From Rhizaria sp. SCN 62-66 (taxonomy: Eukaryota): a DNA stretch of 64,000 nt. The position numbers and the translations under genes were made by a program. Positions 37,724-48,000 of this stretch are shown here, piece after piece; the stretch's first letter is position 1, and each line of letters begins with the position of its first letter. The stretch covers positions 1 to 64,000 of the forward strand of contig MEDY01000141.1 of NCBI GenBank assembly GCA_001724265.1, in the 5' to 3' direction. The notes below the pieces were generated by a model. That model was not told the origin of the DNA, searched no databases, and saw only the letters and a program-made list of their open reading frames with translations.

Positions 37724-38420
37724 GTACAACGTCCAAGGGGGTATGTGTAAGGGGCTCTGTGCAATACAATGCAATGCAGTCGACGTATAAGCGCGCGCTG
37801 TGTCGAAATGTGAGCTTTGCGTGGGTGCGTTTGCTTTGTTTCTTTGTTGTTTTCGTTAGTTTCTAATTTTGTCTTTCTTGATTTTGTGATTTTTTGTTGT
37901 TGTGGATTCGACTTAATAATGGTCATATTTTATCACAGTTTTCCACGTTTATGTTTGAGAATACAGCCCTAATTTTGGAGTGCATGCGTTCTACTTTCGT
38001 CATTATTAAAGAAGTGTTTGGTTAACTTGTGTCAAGGTTATAAAGTATGTCTTTTGGGGGGAATATGAAATATGTATTGACACCACTGCAATGCTCTTGT
38101 CCGCTAGGACTTTTGCATCCAACACGGAAGTGAAATCAACATCGTTGCAGTTGTCGCAAATCTGATTCGAATTAAGATAATTTGCTACTATCTGCTTATG
38201 TACAAGGGACGTAATTTACATAACTCAAACAAGGACTCTTTGAAAAAATAGAAAGACCTCGCCAAGCAAAGACTTTACATTGAGAATTGTGAAAGAAAAT
38301 CGTCAAAAAAACACTCGCACAGAGAGAAACGAGCGGACAAGAAGAAGAGTAAACTTCTCTGAGTTCCCTCTTCGCACTTCATGTTTAATTGCTGTGACCG
38401 CAACATACTGGTTGCTTGAT

Positions 38421-40709
38421 TTACCAGTAGTGGGGGCAGTAGGTGTCGGCGTAAGGGCAGCCGATGTTGCGCGGGGGCTTGTAATCAAGACGCACGTTGC
38501 GCTTCTCCAGCAGAGTGAGCGGGCGGCCGCCGACCTCGGCGATCTTCTTCATGAAGTGCGCCTCCTGCCAGTACGAGATGAGCTCCTTGCGGGCGCGGCC
38601 GTAGGTGGGGAAGCAGCCCTTGGCGAGGATCGAGATGGCCGGGTCGGGGCGCTTGCTCATGAGGTGATACTTGACGACAGTGGTGAGGAACTGGTCAGAG
38701 TTGCGGAGGTGGCACGACTGAGGGATGCGGCCGCTCTTGTAGCCCGCATCGACGGAGTTGATCCACGCCTCGAGGCGCTGCACAGTACCGACCTCGGACG
38801 ACTGGAGGAACTGGGAGATCTCCGTGCCAAGGTTGAGGAACAGACGCGCCGCGAGGGGGTCCGTGGCGTGCTGCGCGAGCGCGAGTTCCCAGCCCTGGAT
38901 GAAGTACTGGTACGCCTTCTCGGGGTCAGACTGCAGCAGCGCGATGCAGCGCGTGGCGTGCGCCGTGGGGCGCTGCTCGAGCGAATGGCGGAAGTACGCG
39001 ATGGGCTCGTCGACCATGCCGACCTCGGCAGCGATGACACCGAGGTAGAAGCTGTGGAGCCAGGTGTAGCCCTTGGTCTTGGCGGACTTCTCGATCAGGG
39101 CGCGCCAGTCCTCGTCGACCTGGTACGACTGCGGCAGCGACGCGAGCGTGAGCGCGGAGAAGGTGTTATTGGTGAGGAGCTCGATCCAGGGGCGCGACTC
39201 ATCGTTCTCGATCAGAGTGAACTTGGCGCCGGGCGCGAGGCGGGCGCGCGCGTGGCCGACCGTCTTGCGGTAGAGCTCGTTGAGGCCGCCCCAGGGCATG
39301 CCCTCGTAGAGGATGTCCTTGTCCTCGGGGTCAACCATCGAGTACTCCTGGAAGAACTTGTGCATCTCGGTCATCTTGGCCGCAGTGACGCCGTTCTTGC
39401 CCTCCATCCAGCGGTTGATGCCGCCGATCGCCACGTCGTGGTCGCGGTTTTGCGACACCGCCGCGGAGACGTCAGCCGTGGTGCCCGCCTTGAACACCTC
39501 GGTCCACTCGAACACGGAGTCGGCGGCCAGGCGCCAGTTCTGCATCTGGGTCGGCGCGGGGCCCGTCTGGAGCTCGGCGTAGTCGCCCGTGCGGTTGGGC
39601 ATGACGCCCGCGGAGAGGAAGTCCTGCATGAAGCGGCCGGGACCGGTCTGGCCCCAGGTGAAGAACTTGGTGCCGTTGAGGGTGTGGCCGTGCCAGACGA
39701 AGTAGCCGTCGGCCTCGACGTGGGTGATGTAGCGGCGCTGGCCATCGGGGATGCGGAGGAAGTAGTCGCCCCAGATGATATTGCCGAGGAACGAGTGGTC
39801 CTGCGCCCACACGTTGTTGCCGAGCGGCGGCGCAAGGCCGGAGAAGGAGGTGTTCATGACCTCGGCGAAGTACGGCCAGGGCGCGTCGCGCACGGGGCCG
39901 GACGCCGTCTCGGCGACGTGGTCGGCGGGGGACAGAACGCGTGACTCAGGGGTGACGTGGTGCGCGACGCAAGTCCACCAGTAGCCGCGGAGGTCCCACT
40001 GGTGCGGGTTGGTGATCTTGGGGTGCATCCAGAGCTCGGCGCCGTCGTGGATCATGTCGACCTGCCAGACAGTGCCGTTGTAGCGGTCGAACTCGTAGAC
40101 GCGGACCATGGGGCCCATGCGGGTGGACATCTGCGCGACGTACACGGGCGACTCGGAGAAAGCCGAGTGGCCGATGATTCCGGGCGACCAGTTGAACTCG
40201 AGGCCACCAGCGGCCCAGGCCTTGAGGGCGCCGATGTTGGCGGGCTGGTGGGCCTTGTTGTCGAAGAACATGTCACGGCCGTTGACCTTGTCGACGGTGT
40301 TCCAGACCTTGCCGGCGACGGAAGGGACGACGTCGGTGCGGAGGTACTCGTTCTCCATGCGCACCACGGGAAGCTTCTCGGGCTGGCGGTCGCACGTCCA
40401 CTGGTCCTGGGTCAGGTACGGCAGCTGGGGCGAGCGGGTGTCGGCCATGGCGCCCTCGAAGATCTCGGGGCCGTTGGTGTCGTCGGGGGTGAAGGGGCGG
40501 AACGTGCCGCGGCCACCGCCGATAAACACGTGCGTGGCGCCACCTTCAACAGAGCCCTGGGAGAAAAGGAAACCGGGGAGGATGTTACCGGGAAGCACGC
40601 GCGACTCGATAATGTCGATGCTCTCCTTAGTAATAGTGCTCGGGCCAGCGGCGGCAAAGCACACCGCCGTGGCAACGAGAAGCGCCATGAACGTCTTGTG
40701 AAGACGCAT
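38421..40709 (-). CDS. DUF5107-domain protein with signal peptide and C-terminal TPR-like helices
   Basis: MENEYLRTDVVPSVAGKVW..VDKVNGRDMFFDN...PANIG..KAWAAGGLEFNW, YWWT, KFFTWG and YAELQTG match my recollection of DUF5107. Intronless, very high GC3, stop TAA. Confidence 0.8.
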   Translation of the reverse strand: MRLHKTFMALLVATAVCFAAAGPSTITKESIDIIESRVLPGNILPGFLFSQGSVEGGATHVFIGGGRGTFRPFTPDDTNGPEIFEGAMADTRSPQLPYLTQDQWTCDRQPEKLPVVRMENEYLRTDVVPSVAGKVWNTVDKVNGRDMFFDNKAHQPANIGALKAWAAGGLEFNWSPGIIGHSAFSESPVYVAQMSTRMGPMVRVYEFDRYNGTVWQVDMIHDGAELWMHPKITNPHQWDLRGYWWTCVAHHVTPESRVLSPADHVAETASGPVRDAPWPYFAEVMNTSFSGLAPPLGNNVWAQDHSFLGNIIWGDYFLRIPDGQRRYITHVEADGYFVWHGHTLNGTKFFTWGQTGPGRFMQDFLSAGVMPNRTGDYAELQTGPAPTQMQNWRLAADSVFEWTEVFKAGTTADVSAAVSQNRDHDVAIGGINRWMEGKNGVTAAKMTEMHKFFQEYSMVDPEDKDILYEGMPWGGLNELYRKTVGHARARLAPGAKFTLIENDESRPWIELLTNNTFSALTLASLPQSYQVDEDWRALIEKSAKTKGYTWLHSFYLGVIAAEVGMVDEPIAYFRHSLEQRPTAHATRCIALLQSDPEKAYQYFIQGWELALAQHATDPLAARLFLNLGTEISQFLQSSEVGTVQRLEAWINSVDAGYKSGRIPQSCHLRNSDQFLTTVVKYHLMSKRPDPAISILAKGCFPTYGRARKELISYWQEAHFMKKIAEVGGRPLTLLEKRNVRLDYKPPRNIGCPYADTYCPHYW

Positions 40710-41238
40710 TGGAGCTGTAATGGTGACGTAGGCGGAGGAAAAAGAGTTTGTTAGTCGTATCCGTGAGCAGGCGGTTGGAAGAATGACGAATTAAAGTCAG
40801 CGGACGCAAGTCGAACATAGTCGCGTCATAGGCTTCGCAGAATGCGGGCAATGACAGGAATAGAAGTTGAAAGACGGCCTGCGAATTGATTAGAAAAATA
40901 AATAAGCCATGATATAGCCATACAAACATTGTTTCAGGTCCACACTCACTCTGCAAGTGGCCAAGCTGCTTTGACTCCGCACCCATCGACGTCGCACTCC
41001 CCGCTCCAGCTCGCTCACAGTCACAACGGACCGAATTGATTGACGAGAGCGCTAGCGACAATGCTCACGGTCACTCTGGTTCGGTCTTAAAAAACACATC
41101 GTGCGCCCTATTGCTGTCGTTCCTTAACAACCTACTCGTGATATATGTCTGTTTACCGAATTTCTGTTATATTACTTATTTAGCTTTTGCAACAGCTCGA
41201 CGTCTTCCGGCTTTACGCCTCCCCTGCTACAGCCCACG

Positions 41239-42020
41239 ATGTCCCAGCACTGCTCATGGGTCTTCTCATGCAGCAGTAGCCCTACCGCCCTCAACTCGTA
41301 CGTGTTTGATTTGTTTTTAAGACATGCGATTAGCCACGCGCTTATACTTCTTCTGGCGCATTTTATGTGCTTATTGGCATTTTGCCCCCTTAGTACGACA
41401 TGATCTTCTGACTCACACCATGATGTTTTTTTCAACCGTTCCTTCCCCCCCATTCGCCCCCACAGCGACGATGAAGCAGCGTTCCAACCGCGCTCTCTTC
41501 CGTCATCTATCTCGGTGTCTCTGCGCGTCTACCCCGCGCCCTCCGTGCTCTCCCCACTCAACGTCTTCCCTCTCCACAACGGCCCCGCCGCCTCCGCCAC
41601 CGCTCCTGTAACTTCCGCCGCGTCGGCGTCCTCTTCCGCTCTGCCAGCGCCGCTCTCGGCCGCCGACGCTGCCCCCAGCCTCCCCGCGGCGGCCGCGAAC
41701 ACTTCCGCGCTCGTGCAGATCTGGTCCGCCTCGCTCCCGCTCCCAGAGACCGAGGCCGGCGCCGCGACCGCAGACTCCGTCGCTCACGACGCGAGTGTTG
41801 GCGCATCAGAGCGTGTGACGACGACGACGACTACTGTGACGGTTCCGTGCCCGCGGTTTGCGCGGATTGACTGGTCGGAGTTTGCCGCTGAGGACGAAGC
41901 CACACTCACGGTCACGCTGCCGCCTCCGAGCCCCGTCGCAGCGGCTGCCACTCCTGTTGCTGCTTTTGCTTCGTCCTCAACAAACGGCGCTATGACGGCT
42001 ACGATGACAGCCACTGCTGC

Positions 42021-42053
<33 letters not shown>

Positions 42054-45000
42054 AGCGCAGCCTCTGGCGGGTCCTGTGGCGCAAACGACCGCGCGCGAGG
42101 CCGTGTCTCTGTTCATCCCGTCGTATGCCTTCGAAGCCGAGTCGTCACGTTCACCCTCACCCGGCCCCGCCCCCGCCCCCGCCTCGGCACAGGCGCAGTC
42201 ACTCTCGCTATCATCACAGCCAGTCTCCGCTGCGAACTCCACTGCGAGCGAGAATGTGACACGCACCCTGTCGCTGCCGCCGCTGCCTAGTGCGCTATCG
42301 TTGTCCCTCGCAAGCACCCCGTCCCGGTCCTTCGTCTTCACGTTCCCGGGCGGCGTCACGGTCACTGCCACGGCCACCGCGCTGCCAGCCACTGGCCCAC
42401 CGCCGTTTCAGCCGCACTCAGCGATAACAGCGCAGGAGGACCGTGGCGCGGCGCCGCGGGACAGCGCTGTAGCCGTGCACAATCCCGTCTCCGCGTCTAA
42501 CAACTGCGGCGGCGGCGGTGGTGGTGTGCCTACTGCGACGACAGTCGGGGCTGACTCTAGCCAGGGCTCGCTGGCCAGCGAAAGCGACTCTATTGGATCT
42601 GCCACTGCTGCTACAACAGCAGCAGCGGTAGTGCCGCGGCGGCCGGTCGCGTTCGAGGTCAACTTCGCCGCCCTGCCTTCGCCCTCAGCCTCCGACGCTG
42701 ACGGCGCCGGTGCCGACGCAAACAGCGTGGGCGATGGCAGCTGTGGCGATGTCAGCGTGGCGAGTGCGCTTTCACATCACCAGCCCCAACCGAGCACGCC
42801 CCGCACCTCCGTCCGCACCTCCGCCAGCGCCGCTGCCGCGTCTGCGTCCGCGTCTGCGTCTGCCTCTGCGTCGTCTGCGGCGGCGGCGGCTGCGGCGGCC
42901 GCGGACGCGGAGGCGGGATACAGCGGGGGCGCAGTGCTCCGGACTCCGGCCCCACGCGCCTCGACACGGCACCGCTACAGCAGCCACAGCAATAGCGGCA
43001 GCAAGAGCAAGGTTAGAGACAGTAAGAACAGCCCTTCGAGCCGCGCCCACGCTGCGAGCACTGATCGCGCCGACATAGACGACGACGGCGACGGCGACGG
43101 TGATCAGAGTGCGTTTTGCGGTCTGGGAGACGACGACGGCATCGACAGGCTGCACGAGCGTCAGTTCATTACTATCCCGTACTTCCCTCATTCGTCGACG
43201 ACGTCCGCCAACGCCACAGCCAACGCGGGCGGCTCTGCTGCTGGCTCGGCCTCGGCGTCGGCCTGCTCCTCCCCGTCCTCATCCTCAGCCGCTTTCTCTT
43301 CTGCACAGAACAGCAGCAACAGCAACAGCAACAACAACAGCAACACTGCGGCTAGCGCAAGCAGCGCTGCCGTTTGCACAGGGAGTAACTCCAGTGCTTA
43401 TGCAGCGCCCTGGTCCGCGCGCCGCCCATCCGGCGCTACTGCCTCCGCCGCCGCGGCCGCCGCGGCTGCGGCGGCGGCAGCCGCCGCGAGCGCCGCGGCC
43501 GCCGCCCCGCCGACCGACCCGTCGAAGCTTCCGTTCCCGTCCCGTTTGGCGTACCCGCTGCCGCTGGCCGCCGCAGCCCGCGCCGCCGCGGCCGCGCCGC
43601 CGCCCGCGCTCACCGCCGCCGCCGCGGCCGCCGCGGCCGTGGCCCTCGCCGACCGCACGACGGTGGTGTGGACCGCGCGACACGAGGAGCTTTTGCTCTT
43701 ACCTCTCCGCGCGGAGGCTTATTTAGCGCTCGCGCCGGCACAAGCGGCCGCCGCGGACGGCGGCGGCGGCCGCGTCGGTCTGGCCCGCTTGCTGCGGCCC
43801 GTCGCGGCCGCTCTCGCGGTGCAAACGGCCGAGCTGCGGTCGCAAGTCGCGAAGCTCGCGCTGGTGACCGTGGGCGCGCTGGCCCGCGAGTGCGGCCCCG
43901 CCTTCGTACTATTGGCCGACGCGCTGCTGCCCGCGCTTGCCGTGCAGCTGTCTTCGTCGAAGCAGATGCTCAGCGCCGCCGCCACGGAGTCGCTGAACCA
44001 GGCCGCCGACGCCGCGGAGCACCCGCACTTCCTCGCGTTGGTGCTGGCACTGGTGCGGGAGAGCAAGCAGGACCGCATCGCGCTCGGTTTGGCGCGCGCG
44101 CTGACGATTATACTGGAGCGTTGGCCAGGGGAGCTGTTTGAGCTCTCGCCGACGGAGGCCCTCCTCACTGCCCCCTTTTCACCGCATTGCAGCAGCAACA
44201 ACAACAACAATAACAAGGACGCTGTCGCGGCTTCAAGTGATTCCGTTGCTGCTGCGACGCCGTCTACGACTGCGACTTCTGCTGCTGCGGCCGCTGCGAC
44301 TGAGCCACCGACTCACAGCCACAGCCACGGTCAGTCGTGCGGTCATGCTAGCCGGACTAGGCCTCACCCTCATCAGTCACCTGCGGGTGAGAATACGACC
44401 ACTGCACCGACTGCGACGCCGGCGCGTGCCACAGCGAGCGGGCCGCTCAGCGCGCGCTCCCGCGGCACCGGCGCCGCCGCCGCCGTGCCAGTCTCCGTGG
44501 CCGCCGCCGCCGTGGCCCCTCTCATCGCCGCCGCGACGGCCGCCGCCGCCGCCGCCGCGCAGGCCCCGATCCGCGCGCCCCCGCCGCCCCCCGCCTGGTT
44601 ACTATCACACGCGACCATCCGCGACGCCGTGTTCGCCGTGCTGCCTGTGCTGCTCTCCCATGCCGGTCCGCTGACGCGCGCCAAGGCGCGGACCGCGCTG
44701 TACCACGCGTGGCTGCGCTGGCCCGCCGCCGCCGAGGCCGTGCTGGTGCGGCAAAGCGTGGCCGTGCGCGGCGCGTTCGACGCGCAGTGGCCCGACTTCG
44801 CTGAAGCAGAGGCGCTGGACCCCACTTTGCGCGAGGAGCGCGCGGCCCATCGTACTCAGGCGGGGGATGCCGCGCTCGCTCTCGCGCCCAATCTCGCCGC
44901 AGCGGCGGCGGCCGAGGCTGCTGCGGCGGCTGCGGCGGCTGAGTACGACGTAACTACTGGCGCCGCGACAGACGTTGTGGCGTTTGCAGTGCCGACAGTG

Positions 45001-48000
45001 CCCGCCGGCGCCCGCGCCCGCATTGCCGCCTCATCTGCGTCGTCTGCTGCGTCGGGACCGATGGTCATGGGCACCGTCACGAGCACTCCTGTGAGTACAC
45101 GTGTGCGGTCTGCGCGAGTGCCGTTTTCCCGCGCACGTTTCGCTGCCAGCGCCGCGGTCGCCGCTTCCTCAGCCTCAGCCTCGGCGTCGAGCAGTACGAA
45201 CCCCGGTGCGGCCTCCCTGACTGCGACTGCGCCCCCGGGCCAGGCTTCTGCGCCACCGGGGTCCTCTGGCGGGCCGTCAGCCGGTAGCCTCGGCGTCGGC
45301 GTCCTCGTCGGCAGTGTTACCGCTAGCGGTGGCGGCGGCGTTGTCGGGGGCGGCGGGTCGGGTGTTTTTGCGTTCGGCAGCGAACGGCTCGATCCCAGTG
45401 CGGCCAATACACCGGTGTGCCGGCCCCGCAAGACCCCCGCTCTCGCGAAGCTCCACACCGGCGCCGGCGCTGGCGACACTGGCGCTGGCGCTGGCGCTGG
45501 CGGTGGCGGTGCAACTGGCATCTCGCAGTCAGGTGACGGTGGCGGCAGTGAGAGCGAGGAGGGAGGCTTGCTGCCGCTGATGTAGCTGCCGAGCAGCCCC
45601 TTAGCCTCTCCTAAGTACCCCTACAGCGCGCACAACGGTCACAACGCTAGCAATAATGGGGATAGTAAAGATGAGAGCTATGAATCGATGTCGCTCAGCG
45701 GCTCGATGGCGATGTAGCGTGATTCACCGTGCAAGAACAACAGTAGCAGTGGCAACAACACCACTCAGAACAGTGTAGTTAATGGCAAGACAGCGAAGTG
45801 TGCGCCGCTCAGTGCGAGCCCGCTGCCACCGCCGCCGCCGCCGCCACCTGCGCCCGAGCCAGCTTCTGACTCCGACTCAGATGCTGATGCTGGCAATGGC
45901 CAGGGTGATGCAAACGATGCGAACGCAGACTCAGAACCTGCCGCAAAGCCAGCGGCGACGGTGTCTGTGGCGAAGACAGCGACCGATAGCGAGACCAAGA
46001 CAGCGACTCCAGCTGCTGCTACTTCGTCTACGAAGCGTGGTCTCTTGCTTTTAAGGGGTACTTACATGTCTCTCGGCGAGGACCTCGATGCATACTGCCA
46101 GCCGCCCCCCGGCTTCACTTCGGAGCAACCAGCGGAAGACGGCGGCCTAAATTCGACAACGAGCGGTTTAACTTCCGCCGGAGCAGGCGACACCTCGTCA
46201 CTATCGTCGTCGTCGTGCCCCGACTGCAGCGCGGAGCCACAGTCCACGGCTTCCGCTTCCGCTTCCGCTTCCGCTTCCGGGGCTGGTGATGGTGCTGGTG
46301 GTGCCGTGTCTGCTGTGTCTGGAGTTTCTGCGTGTGTTTCTATGTGCCTTAACCACCGCCATTACAGCGGTGACGGGCCTCATAGCGCCTCCGCTGCTGG
46401 CGCGCACAGGCACGGCCACAGGCCCGGTCATAATCCTGGTCACGGACACGGTCACGGTCACGGTTATGGTCACAGCACTGGTCTCGGCCACGGTGCGACC
46501 GGCGCCCGGCGCGGCGCCGCCGCTGGAGACAGCGGCACGCACGCCGGCACAGCTGGCTTCGCGGTGAGCGCCGGTCAATACGGGCCACTTATCGGCTCAC
46601 TCGCCACCGCGAACGGCAACGGCAACGGGAGTGGTAACAGTCGCAATGGGGGCTTGGGACAGGCAGCGTCGCCGTTCAACGGTGCATACATGCTGTCCAA
46701 GGGCGACGACATCGACGCTTACCCCGCGGTCGCAAGCACTAACTCTAACACCGACAACAACAACAACATTGAGAACGATGATAGCGCTGCCGCCGATGCT
46801 GCTGTAGGTGCGAGTCAGGACGCAGCGGTGATGTTGTCGTCTCTGGTGCTCCCGTCCGCCAACTCTGCCCCGCGCCGCCGCTCCGCCCCCACCAACGGCT
46901 CTGCTGCGACACAGGCTGTCTCTGCATCCGCAGTCGCCGGATCCTCGGTGACCGTGGCGGATGTGGGCCGCGTGACGGCGCTGCGGGCGCGCGCGCGCGC
47001 CACGGGTGACTGGTCGCACGTTCTCCTGCCCCCGCAGCCCGATCAGAACAACAACTGCGGCGGCAGCGCTGGCGACGAGAGTCACACCGTTGCAGAGCCG
47101 CACGTGCTACGGCTGCAAGTTGTGTCAGACGTACACTTGGAGCGCTTCCCCTCCCGCTACCCCTCGGCCTCTGAACTCGCGGCCGCGCTCGACGACGTCA
47201 TCATCCCCTCGGCGCCCGTGCTCGTGCTCGCCGGCGACATCGGCTGCCCGGCCACGCGCGCGGGCGCGGCGCTGTATCTATCGTTCTTGCAGCTCCAGGC
47301 CGGTCGGTTCGAGCTGGTACTCGTGCTAGCGGGGAACCACGAGTTCTACTCACCGCTCACGCCCACAGGTCCGCAACAGCCCGCGTCGTCTGCCGCCGCG
47401 ACGTCGACAGCTTTTGTTGCTGTAGCGTCGCCGCCGAATGCGGCGCTGTACGCACGGGGCAAGAGCAACAGCAACGGTGCCAGCGAGAGCATCGCCAATG
47501 ATATCCCCGTCACGGAACCCGCTTCTGCTGCTGAGGCTGCGGCTGAGGCTGAGGCGGAGGCTGCTGCTGCTGCGTTGAATGGCGCTGTGAGCGTCGCATG
47601 TGTTCGCCGCACAATGCGCGAACTGTGCCGTGACGCCGGTGATAACGTACTGTTTCTCGACCGTGATAGCGTCACTTTCACCGCTCCCGCGCCTCATTTA
47701 CACTTTGCACAACCACACTTACAGTCGCAGTCAGCAGAGCAACCCACTACTGACACGAGTGCGAGTGTGCGCGTGTGTGGTGCGACGCTGTGGTCGTTTG
47801 TAGGCCACGAGCACGCAACGCATGTGGAGCGCGCGGTCAGCGATTACGCGTACTCGTTCGTTGACAACGAAGCATACGCGGCGACACCGCTCTGCAGCAG
47901 CGATTGCACCGACACCACGGTTGCTGTTGCCGTCTTGTCGACGGCAGACAACTGCAATAGCAACGCAGTGACTGAGTCGACGACTGCAGAGGCCGCAGAG

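Noticed and set aside
34158-40754. Long antisense/overlapping ORFs (e.g. 34158..35492 +, 38280..39944 +, 36743..37774 -)
   Set aside because: These are shadows of high-GC3 genes on the opposite strand and have no recognisable motifs.
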